From Octopus sinensis (Eukaryota), in the NCBI RefSeq assembly GCF_006345805.1, contig NC_043009.1, positions 32,240,001-32,304,000 of the forward strand: 64,000 bases of DNA, written 5' to 3'. Numbering within the stretch: position 1 is the first letter of the stretch; each line of letters starts with the position of its first letter. Under the pieces are notes generated by a model, which had not been told where the DNA came from, did no database searches, and saw only the letters and a list, made by a program, of their open reading frames with translations. This document shows positions 26,603 through 40,600 of the stretch, piece by piece. Position numbers and translations under genes: made by a program.

Positions 26603-27183
26603 TCTCTCCGTATGTGTGTATGATTGTGTATTGAAAATAAAAACGAAAAATCGCAGAAATGAAAACGTGCTAAAAATGCCATTTCTATTCCTTTTTATAA
26701 TTGAATGCTTCTTGCAGCTGTATCCAATTATTAGCTGTGACACTTGAGTGGTTACCATCTCCCTGGACGTGGATGCGATGTATGGACATCTTGGGCTGTT
26801 GAGATTTAAGGATTTCATTCTAAACGTCGTTAATACCGTTGATTTTGTTTTGTTTAACCACGGGTTAGTCCTCTATGAACAGACCTATACTTAAAGACAT
26901 TACAATCATAAGCATTTTTCAGGCATTATTCATCGACACCGTCCTTTTTTAAAGCTACAAGACTGTGACAGATGGCAATTTAGCTGGTATTTCTAGGAGA
27001 TCGGATAATAATGTTATGGGTGTTTTGTTACTTCATAATGTACAACATTTGGTTAGTGAAACAAGATAAATGTTCGACCTCGTAATTTTAGGGGCACAAC
27101 GTTCAAGTTTCTTTTGGAATTTACTCCCCATTTATAATATACAATTCTTAAATACTGATTATAGTATTGGTATATATATATTT

Positions 27184-27381
27184 GATTCGTTAGCTACTGC
27201 ACGCATTTTTTTTCTCTCCTTCTTTCTGTGTTTTTCTCTCGCTGTGTATCTTTCTGTTGAAGAGCGTAGGCTCGAAACGTTAAAGACTTGTTTTATTTAT
27301 ATTTCCTGAGCGCCATACTAATACAATTGTTCGTTTGTTTTCCACCTGCCTTCGTCTTTTGTTTATTTTCATAAAGCTCCC
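27184..27381 (+). mobile_element. ~200-bp (TA)n-flanked element carrying a minimal hammerhead motif
   Basis: TCTTT CTGTTGA A GAGC GTAG GCTC GAAACGT T AAAGA at 27249-27286; second copy at 18863-19047 (-). Confidence 0.72.
27249..27286 (+). ncRNA. Minimal type-I hammerhead ribozyme motif (variant core)
   Basis: Stem I TCTTT/AAAGA, core CUGuUGA (A6 to U), stem II GAGC/GCTC, GAAA, palindromic ACGT stem III, GUU cleavage triplet. Confidence 0.6.
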
Positions 27382-27387
27382 GTTATG

Positions 27388-27452
<65 letters not shown>

Positions 27453-27650
27453 GGTAAAGGGATATGAAAACAAATTATCGGGTAGACTGGCCAAAGAAAT
27501 TACTAATACCAATAACAGAAGGGAAATAGAATCAGTGTGTGTTTAGTTTTGACATAATGACCCTCCCGAGATACAGCAAAATATGCTTCAACATGGGTTC
27601 ACATCAAGAACCTTGCAAACGAAATGCAAACACATTATACTAGGCCTCAT

Positions 27651-27985
27651 TTACATTATTTACATTTGACGGCTATTTGTATTCATCTGGTTTGTTGTTA
27701 ATACAACTTTTCGGCTCATATACCCTCCAGCCTTCATCTGGTGTCTTAGGGAAATTTCGAACCTGAGTTCTCATTCGTAAGGTATTTTTCTATGTCATTC
27801 TTCTTCTTCTTCTTCTTCTTCTTCTTCTTCTTCTTCTTCTTCTTCTTCTTCTTCTTCTTCTTCTTCTTCTTCTTCTTCTTCTTCTTCTTCTTCTTCTTCT
27901 TCTTCTTCTTTCTTCTTCTTCTTCTTCTTCTTCTTCTTCTTCTTCTCTTCTTCTTCTTCTTCTTCTTCTTCTTCTTCTTCTTCTT

Positions 27986-28057
<72 letters not shown>

Positions 28058-28263
28058 TATTATTATTATTATTATATTATTATTATTATTATTATTATAT
28101 TATTATTATTATTATTATTATCATTATTATTATTATTAGTATCATTATTATTATCATTATTATTATCATTATTATTAATATTCAGGTCACTGCTTGGAAT
28201 CGAACTCGGAATCTTGGGGTTAGTAGCCCGCGCTCTTTTAACTACTACACCACGGGCGTATGA
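27651..28263 (-). mobile_element. Composite SINE: tRNA head + (AAT)n/(AAG)n + hammerhead-bearing 3' module, 15-bp TSD
   Basis: TSD TATACTAGGCCTCAT at 27636-27650 and 28264-28278. B box GAGTTCGATTCC (28196-28207, -), A-box-like TGGTGTAGTAG (~28240-28252, -). Hammerhead motif at 27700-27745 (-). 3' end aaatgtaaataatgtaaa. Confidence 0.85.
27700..27745 (-). ncRNA. Minimal type-I hammerhead ribozyme motif, core mutated in this copy
   Basis: Minus strand: GACAC CAGATGA A GGCT ggagggtatatg AGCC GAAAAGTT GTATT. Two substitutions relative to CUGAUGA/GAAAC; stem I pairs at 4 of 5 positions. Confidence 0.55.
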
Positions 28264-28478
28264 TATACTAGGCCTCATATTCCTTGGATGTGGCTGGTCT
28301 CCCACCACCTTTGTTGAAGTACTCCCAAACCAGCCGTCCCTGTTCATTTCCTCTTTCTCATCGTCTCCATCTCCCCACACTAATAATTTATGTCCATTCT
28401 GTCTCGCCACTGCATGAAGACTCTAGAATTCTCTATCTGTCCACAAAGCCAGCTTTCAAACAAACATTTGGAAACACT

Positions 28479-28690
28479 GATTTCAAATTTTTACACAAGG
28501 CCGGCAAATTCAGAGGAAGGATAAACCCGTTTCCCTCAATTCTGGTGCTCAACTGGGACTTATTTTATCGAACACGAAATGATGAAAGGCAAAGACGACC
28601 TTGGAGGAATTTGAACTTAAAATGTAAAGACGGGTGAAATGCAGATAATCATTTTGCTCAGCTTGATAATGATTCTGCAAGGTCAACGTC
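28479..28690 (-). mobile_element. Degenerate SINE family B variant
   Basis: tttcaaatttttacacaaggcc...ggacttattttatcga...ggaggaatttgaac...aatgattctgc. Confidence 0.7.
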
Positions 28691-29071
28691 TTATAATACT
28701 TGCAAATATTCTAAACAAACTTAGTGAAGTTCATTTCATTGGTTTCAGAGGGACTTCGACCTCTTTCACCTGATGAATCGCAGCATTTAGATCAACTGAA
28801 AGATATAAATGAAAAAAAGTTATGAAATATATTCAGCAGATGACAAGTGCCGGAATAATTAAAGAATGATCAACAATGTGAACTGCTGTAAGACAGGATC
28901 TGGTAATCAAGATGACAGCAATGTTATACTTTATAAAGTTATTTATTTATTAAACGTCAACCGCGGTACCTGAAGATTATGTCATTCTGACATCTGTTGC
29001 ATTAATGGCGGCAAAATAGCTATTAAAGAATAATATGAATATAAATATATTGCCGTTGCTGGTAATGGCGG

Positions 29072-29130
<59 letters not shown>

Positions 29131-30749
29131 GTGACGATAGTGGCAAAGCACTAATTATAGGGATTACGATTATGATAATCATGAAACTGGAAGTATGATG
29201 GCGCGGTTGGTGATTGTGTGCTTGGTGTTGACGTTATTGGTAATAGCCAGGGTGGAGATTATAATAGATACATGGAGGAATATAATGATGGGTGGGAGGA
29301 GAGGAGAAAAGTAGGGGCTGGATGAGGGAAATCGGGAGGGGAAAGAGAGAAAACAGAAAGAAAGGAAAAGAGAATTAAGAACCTAGAAGCTAGAATAAGA
29401 TAGATTAGAATGAAAGGAATATAATGACAATAGTAATAACAACGGTTTCTGACAGTAGTGAAAGTGAAAGTTATAATAATGAGGAGAGAGAGGGGGATTT
29501 CTTCTCTTTTTCCATTACAAGTGTTTATACTCACTTTAAAATACGTTCCACACAAAAGGATTTTACGTGCATGTGTATGCGCGCACGTGTGTGTGTACGT
29601 GTGCGCGTACACATACATACATACATATATAAAGAGCTATCAATAAGGGATTATCATTCCATGCGATATATTTCTTAAGCTCTCTGCTAATACAAATACA
29701 TCAGGCAAACAAAAGATTTTCTGACTTGTATAGAACTCCAGGTAATCGTAAGGCAAGATCCGAAGTTGATATCCGTCGCCAGTCGGCTTTGTAAACCATT
29801 ACCCTGTCACGACGGTATGTTTTGACAGAGTTATATACAAGAAAGGGCATAGATAATGGGATTTACATAATTGTGCGTCGCAGACTTACATTTGTTTCTG
29901 ATACGTATTTTAGGTGCCTTCGTAATTCCGTTTGTTCAATCGGTCGATTGATCGGTTGAAAACTATTTGAACGACCTTAACAAATGTTATCGGCTTCAGA
30001 CTCCACTCAGTAAGTGCGAAAATACACAAAGACAAATACAATATAGATATACGGAAAGCGGAGCGAAGAGAATTAAAAAAAAAGATGAAAGAATAACGAA
30101 AAGGAGAAAACGGAAGAGCGAGCGAGAGAGAGAGAGAGAGAGAGCGCGAGAGAGAGTGTGTGAGTGTGTGTGTGTGTGTAGGAAGGAGGAGTTGAAGGGT
30201 GGGTATAGGAGTGAAGCTGATCCCTATTGAATCTATTAAGAGCTCGGTTATCCTTTTCACGGTGTCAGCCTAGGGTATTGTTGTCTGCTAGCAAGATCGA
30301 AGAATATCAACAAACGGTGTTGAAATTTGATACACCCCCACCTTATCTAGTGGTCAAATATTGGTTAAATTTTATAATATCTAGGTTATAGCTAGTTGAA
30401 TTACAGCAATGCGTCTTACACAAGAAATGAACACTTTCATTACAACTTTGATTCGAATTTCACACCTAAACTATTATTCACTACTATAAAGCCACACCTT
30501 TTTTAAAAGCTAATTAGAAATTCAGCTCTGTATTTAAGTGACCTAAAGAGCAAAATATATTATAAACAGGTATTTCGTGAATACTTTGAAATGTAAATCT
30601 TGTGTCTTTATTATCATATTACAACAATTGATTTTCCAATTATCCCTAACAACACTTGAAAACGATAAAGCCATTTCATTTCTTTTCAGATAGCTTCGGA
30701 AATTATTAGGTTCAATCGTATACTCTGTGATCCAGATTACATTTCCGGT

Positions 30750-31664
30750 ATGCCTAAAGCTACAAAGTTTTCCGAAATTGAACAAGAATTGCACGGAAAG
30801 CGTTAGGAATGAGTAACTGAAAGATTGCCGTGAAGATTTAGCGAAGCAGAAAGCTAGTGGACATGTTTCCGAAAGATCCTAATGGCTGCACTAGGGCTTC
30901 AGGCTGATGTATGTCCCAATGCTATATCAAAAACAGATGGACGGGCCATTGTCAGATCGGTGAAGAAGCCACGATGCTCTTTCGTTTCCAAAATCAAGGC
31001 ATCAGCAAGAGAAGGAGCCCCAAAATTCACCGTAAGAAGTATGGTTTTGAACCATGGTTTCCATCTAAAGAAGCGGTTAGGACGTCCTTTATTCTCCCCT
31101 CCTCACAAAGTTGTTGCGTTGGAGTTTAATCGGCTGAGTTCTCTGATGAGAACAAATGGAATTTGGATGGCGCCAAAGGTTTTAGGTACTACTACGCAGA
31201 CAATGTATACAAAATGCTACTTATTCCAAGTGACAGAACAGTGGAGGTCTTATGGTGTGGAGAGCAATATCTGCCAATGGGAAAGTGCCACTCGTCCTCA
31301 TTGATGGCCGATTCAATGATGCGTGATATTTTGGACGTGGCTTACATTGACGTAGAAAGAAGAAGGCTCCATGGCGAGGACTTCTTATTTCAACAGGACA
31401 ATGCTTCTATTCATAAAGCAAAGGCAATTTTGGAATTTTCTCCATGCATTTTCTCCCGACCTATCCTATAGAGAACGCCTGAGGATATCTCATGAATGTT
31501 GTGCACAGCGAGACAAGCTGTATTCATCTGTTGATGAACTCGAAACGGCAATAAAGAAGTCTTGGCAAGAACCTCCACTTGATCTGCTGCAGAAGTCGAT
31601 TGGAGCATGAAATCGTGTCACTGAAGTAATTCAGAAAGATGGTGATCATACACACTATTGTTGA
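30750..31664 (+). pseudogene. Tc1/Tc3-like DDE transposase pseudogene
   Basis: MPKATKFSEIEQ start; FSDENKWNLDGAKGFRYYY; GGGLMVWGAI across a frameshift; FQQDNASIH; SPDL.PIEN with a 1-bp deletion; EVIQKDG. Many stops; no TIR pair identified. Confidence 0.88.
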
Positions 31665-31779
31665 TGAACTGCGTTAAAATATCACTGAAATATATCGTAA
31701 TCTCTCTGTTTTACATCAGTTTAACAACGTTATTCAAGCTGGCATTATAGTTTTGAACAGGAGGTTTCTGGCTCTGTAT

Positions 31780-31916
31780 GTTTACTCTTTTACTCTTACT
31801 TGTTTCAGTCATTTGACTGCGGCCATGCTGGAGCACCGCTTTTAGTCGGGCAAATCGACCCCGGACTTATTCTTTGTAAGCCCAGTACTTATTCTATCGG
31901 TCTCTTTTGCCGAACT
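31780..31916 (-). mobile_element. 3' half of SINE family A
   Basis: cttgtttcagtcatttgactgcggccatgctggagcaccgc...gtacttattctatcggtctcttttgccgaact. Confidence 0.85.
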
Positions 31917-32448
31917 ATTGTTGAATTATCATCTAATTTATTTTTGAATTTCAATAAATTTGAATATTGCAATGCCTTCTTCTAACCCATTTCCTATCTA
32001 AAGGGGAGAGTCATGAATTTGGGTAGTACAGTTCGCCAGAAAAAACAAAAACAGTGCTCTGGCTAATCAGTTTTGAAGAGCATTTTTTTATGTGCTATAA
32101 GGAGTTGTCATTGACTAAATTTTAAACATTCGCAGTACAACTGTGTTTACGAAATTTCAATATTTAACGATGAGTGAGTTTTATAGTTTTCGAGGGCTTT
32201 TAAAATGCTGAATCTTTTTATTATAATGCAATAAACATACAAATTCAGACCAGATCACGTAGCAGACAAGTACAACATTGGAATATATTTCAGTAAAAGT
32301 CTTGGTTTTAGTAGCAACGTTCCTTTATTATTTTGTGTTCGTATTTTGATATCCCGGTATATAAAACGCAAGTTCCTACACAAAGATCCGGCACAAATAT
32401 AATCGGTATGAAGTGTTCCTATACTTACACGGTTTATATACAGAGTTA

Positions 32449-32504
<56 letters not shown>

Positions 32505-33707
32505 GTGGGAGGGAGGGGGTCGAACCCCTTTTGCTCAATTGAGTCAGTACTGATGTTCTGTATATGAATGTTTAATTTTACTAATCATGGATATTTTTCT
32601 TGTCATTCATATAAACTAAAAGAAGTAACAAATAGCTTCATTAAAATGACAGCAACAATAACAAAAAGTGTTCAATAAAAAAGACAATGTAAGAAGGAGT
32701 GCACAATATTTGTTTCCAGATTAGATTACGATAAATCTAATAAGATTTGAACAACTACAACAATAATGGAATATATCTGTAACAACTATCTCCTAACAAT
32801 TTAATTCTTAACACAATAATTTGATTGTATTGTAATTCTGAAGGAATTGTATAAGAAAAAAAATAATAAATGAACGAAGCCAAAATCTAATATAGATTAC
32901 TGGAACAAAACCACACACCTAGTTTACCAGAATTTCTTTGAAGTATCTTTCTTAAAATGGCTCTGGTTTCGCTTGGCAATGTTACAAAAAACCTTTCTGA
33001 AACCACAAAAATATTTTTACGCGCACATATCTGAAAGGGAGATATACAATTGAATTATTATCATCATAGCTGAAATGGTGGAAAGAATTATTATGATAGC
33101 TAAACTAATAGTTAAAGGGTAGATAACTCATTACCTCCCGAATGAATTTTTGTTTAAATAAATTAGAAAACACCCCATGAATTCGGTAGATTTACAAATC
33201 CAAATACGTGGAGGCGATGATACTGCTATATTATACAATTATTTAGGAGAACGTATATTAAATACAGGTTCATCATGAAACCTGATTCATAATCTATAAA
33301 TATTACATTTATAATACTGCAGCTCATGGCACCAATGCTACATTTCTTTCTTGTCCCTTTCTCTCCAACTTGGTTTCTGGATCATTATCACTAATAAGAC
33401 TTCTTCTGTTTTCAGTATTATTGCTAGTAGTAGTAGTATTTTTTGTTGTTGTAAGAGTGGCACTACTAGTCTTCTTTCTTTCTCTTCTTCTTCCAATTCC
33501 ATTTTCATCATCATCATCATCATCATCATCTTCTTCTTCTTCTTCTTCTTCTTCTTCTTCTTCTTCTTCTTCTTCTTCTTCTTCTTCTTCTTCTTCTTCT
33601 TCTTTTACTCCTTCTTTTTTCCATCTCCTCCTACACCTCTCTGTTTTTTTCTACTACCTTCCACTACTTTCTTGATTTGTGACTATGTAAGCATTTATTA
33701 TCATTGA

Positions 33708-33910
33708 GATAGCGAAATCGCCAGTGTGTCGGACAAAATGCTTAGCGCATATTTTCCGGCTCTTTACATTCTGAATTCAAACCCCACCGAATTCATCTTT
33801 TCCTTTCATCCTTTCAGGGCCGATAAAATAATTACCAGTTAAATATCGGATTTATGTAATCGATGTACCCCTTTCCTTAAAATTTCTGGCCTCGTGCCAA
33901 AATTCGAAAC
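33708..33910 (+). mobile_element. SINE family B variant, diverged
   Basis: ggacaaaatgcttagcg...ttctgaattcaaa...tttcatcctttcagggccgataaa...ggcctcgtgccaaaattcg. Confidence 0.75.
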
Positions 33911-33937
33911 GGTCATTATTGATGCTGCTGTTGTTGT

Positions 33938-34100
33938 TTTACTTCTCAGAGCGCTCGGCCTTATTTGCTCTGGTTGATTTTGGGGAAGTGGACAGCAGCC
34001 TGTGGCCAGAGGTCTCATAGGTTCGCTTTCTGCACATTAGAATCTTTAATACTTGGTTGTTAATCATCGTAGGAGATATCCAACATCCAAGTGCCAATCT
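33938..34100 (-). repeat. ~165-bp unclassified interspersed repeat, probably a retroelement 3' end
   Basis: Reverse complement aligns with 46745-46908 (caaccagagcaaa.aag.ccgag.gctctgagaagt); both end in AAC/AAT tails. Confidence 0.7.
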
Positions 34101-34118
34101 CAAAATATTTGCTGTCTC

Positions 34119-34608
34119 CATGTACATTGTTTTGTCTTGGTATAAAAGATGGGCTACAGCAAAGATTCTGCTCAATATCACACATTTGCTTGTCAGTTGT
34201 TTGACCTTAACCAGTTGAGCATGTCCCTTAGTGGTTGACGATATGAGCATCTCTGATCACGAGCAGAAGTAGTGGGGGAGCATCATAGCCATGTGTTGAA
34301 AGGAATTCTTAGAGCTTTGGATAATTCACCTTTGGAAACATGGGTGTTTCGTTCAACATCCTTAAACAATCCTTATTCAGGGATCTTTTGAGCAGGATGG
34401 GTTACTCGACCAGAAGGAAATTCTAACGGGGCCCCACCTGCAAGGTCATGCATAGTTTATCTTGATATGAAATCACCATGTCGCGCACATACGGTTGTGA
34501 TGCATGTGCCTGGTGTAACCTTATCAGACGGGTAGTCATGATGGGTATATTGGGCTTCGTATATTTTACTCCAGTGTCACTTTGATGGCAAGCACTGCTC
34601 TCTCACCC
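34119..34608 (+). mobile_element. ~550-bp retroposon copy 3, 5'-truncated
   Basis: catgtacattgttttgtcttgg...gcactgctctctcaccc(aat)n. Confidence 0.85.
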
Positions 34609-35042
<434 letters not shown>

Positions 35043-35069
35043 TTTATTATTATTATTATTATTATTATT

Positions 35070-35641
<572 letters not shown>

Positions 35642-38289
35642 TATTTTTTTTTAATTTTTATTTTTAATACTATTATTTATCTATTTACTTTTTCGTCTTC
35701 CTTTGAGTCTCAAACTAATTGGTCTCTGTTTGCTCGTTCAGGGCTTTGTTGCGTAATCAGAAAACGACCACGTGTCAATGGTGAATTCTCTTGTTATTGC
35801 TTCTCAAAGTCCGATGTTTTTAAGAAATTCTCTCTCAGAGAAATAATCAAAATATAAAAATCCATCACCCAAGACGAGAGAGAGAGAGAGAGAAAGAGAG
35901 AGAGTAACTGAGAACGCATTGAGATTGTTTTGAAGTTTGCAAAGATTTCTCAAAGGCTTCCCTGGAATTCTGGTTTCTACAAATCCTGTTGTTTAAAAAA
36001 CTTCTCTCAGTTGTTTCTGTAAAGATTTCTCATGAACTATTACATTTTTCACCCGTATAAATTACATAAAATTTTGATAATTTTGTTTTCGAAAATTCTA
36101 TGTAGTCGTCCGAAAGAAGTAGCGGTTGTGCATATGATAAATGATGCATGCATTGTTATTTTAACCTAATCCCGCTTCAAGATCATATATTAAAAATTTA
36201 AAGTTTTAGCAACGTCAACCCTTTGGCAAAATCCGAATAAATATGCTTGTTTGTTATAATAAACCCATGAACATTGCGTGTCTGTGTGTATCATGTGTAT
36301 ATAATTTCATGTGTTTTTAACTCAATGAAATTTGACATTATAGCTCTCTAAGCATGAATGTTTGTAGAATTTATCTTGATCAACTTCTTTAATTACGAAT
36401 CCTACTAATTGTCCAAGCCTTCTATTTATTAATCTCTCTTCTTTATTTTCGATATAATCGTCTTTTTAAAGTCAAATTATATTATTTATAACAGCATTAG
36501 TTAAATGAATCTGCAATATAATTCTTTTTGAATTGATTTAGTTTTGTATTACTTCATTCGTATAACCTTGCTCTTTAAACAGAGGTATAATCGAAGTCTA
36601 ATCTATTAGTTTTGCTTATTTTATGAGCTCCAATCTATTAGTTTTGCTTATTTTATGATTAACATGTTAATCGATAGTCGTCTCAAACTATAGCAGTCAG
36701 ATTTTATAAAATACGAGATGTATTTATTTTAGATTTCAATAGTATTCATAAATTACGTTTTCATAAATCTAAACAGTTGTAAAGAGCCATCTTTTACTGA
36801 CTATTTCATCCATACCGTTTATATATGTTAGTATTAGTTGTCATTTATTGGAAAATGAAAAAGGAAAATAAATTAACGCGTTAGTTAAATTTGCACGGAA
36901 AATATATTGTGATTATAGATCTCGTCTCCTGAAAAACTTCTTATCACAACCTCAGCATATTTAAAGCATAACGATTTATGGCAAGGAAACCTATAAAGCT
37001 ATTTAACACCAACTCCAAAATTCAGAGTCTAACGGAGTAGTATTACGGATGCAATGCAAATAGCTGCACCTAACATTCTCGAGATATTGTCGTTTTTGCC
37101 AAGTTTTCTCCAGAAGAATCTCGAGATAATTCAATTTGATGTCATTATGTGAACTCAGATTTGCAAGATAACAATTCTGTGATAAGTATACTGACCTCTG
37201 TTTGGGCAAAAACAGCAATCCTTCAATATATGGTGTATATTTATATTAAAGATACTCAAAGGACAAAAGGGTTTCGTATAATTCTCTTTCTTTCTATATA
37301 TAACACATTGCCTCCTCCATTTCCATATCTATTTCCCTTTCCCCGCCTTCCTCCCCAACGCTCACAACAGTCTCCCTTTCTCTCTTTTCTCAATTGTCCT
37401 CTACTTTTAATGAACTCTTCGCCACCTCAGCATCTCACCATCACAATTAAACAATTAGTGACATAATTACAAACACTACTTCTCGACATAAGGTAATTTT
37501 GTGGTCTAATTAACTAAACACTAAATAATTATCAGCTTCCTTGTCATTGGCGATAGGGCAGCTAAAAGCTGCAACCCATCTCTATGCAGCATGCTAATTT
37601 CTAAAAATCTGATTGTTGTAGTGTATCAGATTGCAACTAGAACGTATAATCTCTGTCGACTGTAGTTAGTACACAGTGGCATGTTGATCAATTTCTCTGG
37701 CATTTCCTGTACCTTTTAACAGAAAATTGAATCTAGGTATATTTCTTCTCAACACCTAACACTGATTTACATACATTTCAGCATCAGTGTACTATATGGA
37801 TCATTTCGTCGTTTCATTTCACACTCAGCTTGTCACTGCGACTCACATTGTAACATTCACTTGATAATATTTTATGAATTACTCCTCACTTGCTAAAGTA
37901 TATTCTCTGTCAACAACTTGGTCCTCTGTCTAACACCATCACACTTCATATATGCATTATTCATCGAATAATCTGTCTTTGAACAGAAAGATAATTCCTT
38001 TGAAGCCACAATGTTTCCACCTACCCAATAATATTTCCAATACTACTTGCAAAAGTCTTTGAAAAAGTCCATAGTCTTTGTATCTTAAATATTACTTCAG
38101 TAACTATTCTAACCATATAAATGTCTGATGCTATTTAGTAGAGCAATACAAAACAATACAGATCAAACATTGATCAGTATATTAATCTAATAAAGAAAAT
38201 ATAGCATAAATCTTAATCCAATTTATAGGCTTCGGCATCCAATGTTCAATTCGATATAATTATGAAGTCCTTCTGATGTAGGAAAACTT

Positions 38290-39315
38290 ATATGGGAGTA
38301 TTCAGTAAGGCTATTGGAAAGTAGTGCGGATCAAATAATTGCGCAGTGCTAGAGATGAACAGAGGCCAGAAGATAAACCTTGATGGCATAAAATTACCAG
38401 AAGGTAACATCATTAGATCACTGTGGAATAATGAGGGATACAAATAGCTAGGAATACTGAAAGACGTTAGAATTATTGGAAGGAGAAATGGAAAAGTCAC
38501 TAAAGATTTCAAGAGAAAATTAGGAAGGTGTTCGAAACAAAAGTAAAAGAGGGAAACATCATTAAAACCATAGATACATGGGTTGCGCCAATATTGAGAT
38601 ATTTTCCTCCTTTTTTGAAATGGGTGAAGGTCCAGCTACAAATCTGAGATTGAAGAACTAGAAAGGTGCTCACAATGCACAACGCACTCCACCATAAAAG
38701 TAATACCGACCAATTCTATCTACCAAGAAAGGGAGGTGGTAGAGGATTACTAAACGCAGAAGACATTATTAGTGCTGCGATATCCGAAGAACATAAAAGT
38801 CAAAGAACGTCTTCATGCGGTTAATTCTATCTAGAGGGAAGAGGGTACCTTTAGCTTAAGATGGCAACTCCCTAGAGATGGTGTCTCGATAAAAACACTG
38901 GTGGCTGTGACACCTCACCAGGACAGCCCTCATCATGAGAGTTATGTCAAATGGAAATCATTACGACAGCCTTCACGAGACCGAAACCCTAAATGAAAGT
39001 CTCTCCCATGGCAAGTGCTCTACTGCGTAGCAGAGTCGACCTGGTCGTTATACAAACACTGCCACAAAGGTTAGAAGAAAATGGTCTTAAAGCGATAATT
39101 AAACTGTAATGAAATGCTATTACAGAAGCGAGCCAACCAAAATAGGGTACTGGATTTAAAAAAAAACTTCGTGCACTTGGCACGACATCCAAAATGCTAG
39201 CAGAAGACTGAAAGAGATTGGAAGTGAAACCCGTATTGTCGGCCTGCAAATAACTACCATTCTATATTCTGCAAGAATCCAAAGGAAGATTCTTGAGATT
39301 TGAGGAAACTTGACA
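38290..39315 (+). mobile_element. Decayed, internally deleted R4/Dong-type LINE 3' portion
   Basis: CAVLEMNRGQKINLDGIKLPEGNIIRSL..GYK*LGIL; MHNALHHKSNTDQFYLPRKGGGRGL; RVDLVVI; ALGTTSK..ILYSARIQRKILEI*. Confidence 0.8.
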
Positions 39316-40319
39316 ATGATGAGTTTGATGATCAATTGCGTACTGTGAAAGCTCATGATCCTGCTAGCACACCGTTTTCATGTAACTGTAAATAATCTTC
39401 AGAAACAGTTCTACACAGTATTCACAAGATAGTACTTTCGATTTTCTGATTATCATAATCATTATTTTTATAATTAATACTTTGTCACTATGGTCACTAT
39501 TATCAATCAATGCCATCATTAACATCATCAGCAACAGTGACACATTTATATTCGTATTATTCTTGAATAGCTGTTTTGACGCCAAGAATGCAACAGATGT
39601 CAGAATGACACAACGTTCGTGTAGCGCAGTTGATGTTTAATAAATAAAATATAAATATGACATAAGAATTTCGATTACAATTTCTAAGTTTCAACTGTTA
39701 CATTATTCAGACGTTATTTCATTATCTCACTGGTGATGGAAAGTTTAAATTCCTAAATAACTTCATTGCAATCTCGATACTAACAGGGTTTAATCCCAGG
39801 TCAACCTCGCAGCAAACCTTTAATCATGTAGTTCTTTAATCATAAGCAACTCGGTAAGGATTATCCATTTTATTTTAGAGCAATGTCGACCAATATCTAC
39901 CTAAAATTGGTTATCCAATGTGTACTTCTTTTCTGTAAGAACAGCAAGCACTGACATCAGGGGAGATTTAACTCTTATTTTTGTCTGGTAAAGTAATGCC
40001 TTAACTTCTATTTCTAGGGGCCTCCATTTAGGAATTGCGTAAGTGTTACTAAACAAATGAACGTAGTCGTGTTTCTTTAATAAAACAGAAGCTACGCAAA
40101 AACGAGGTTGGTATTTCAAATTATCCACTAGGAAAAAATGTCGGGGCAAGTTGGCACCTTAGAAACCACCTTCTCAAGTACAGATTTATGGTCACACGAG
40201 CTATACAGAGGCGCCATTTTATAGAGGTATCGGTATTACATATATGGCGGGCATAAACTTGTATATATGACAAGGGGTACACGAACAACTCATCGCCGCT
40301 CTAAGAGTCTCATATTTGT

Positions 40320-40332
40320 GATACCATATTTC

Positions 40333-40377
<45 letters not shown>

Positions 40378-40534
40378 TATCATCACTATCACTATCATCA
40401 CCACTACAAAAACGGCAGCTATAACCACGACCATCACCACCACCACCACCAAGTCAACGACGACCACCATACCATTATCATCATGATCATCATGATCGTC
40501 ATGATTGTGATCATTATCTTCTTGTTCATCAATG

Positions 40535-40565
<31 letters not shown>

Positions 40566-40600
40566 AACGGTCATCGTTATCACCCTCGTCATCAACTTCA
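40320..40600. repeat. (CAT)/(CAC) compound tract
   Basis: Direct reading; source of the poly-His and poly-Met ORFs. Confidence 0.9.

Noticed and set aside
28182-28263. tRNA gene
   Set aside because: The T-stem and acceptor stem do not pair; it is a SINE head within a TSD.
36600-36658. 27-bp direct repeat; similar small duplications at ~20445 and 54564/54654
   Set aside because: Ordinary local slippage duplications.
37990-38280. PILLAKVFEKV, resembling an L2/CR1 RT motif
   Set aside because: One motif only; flanking RT motifs were not recoverable.
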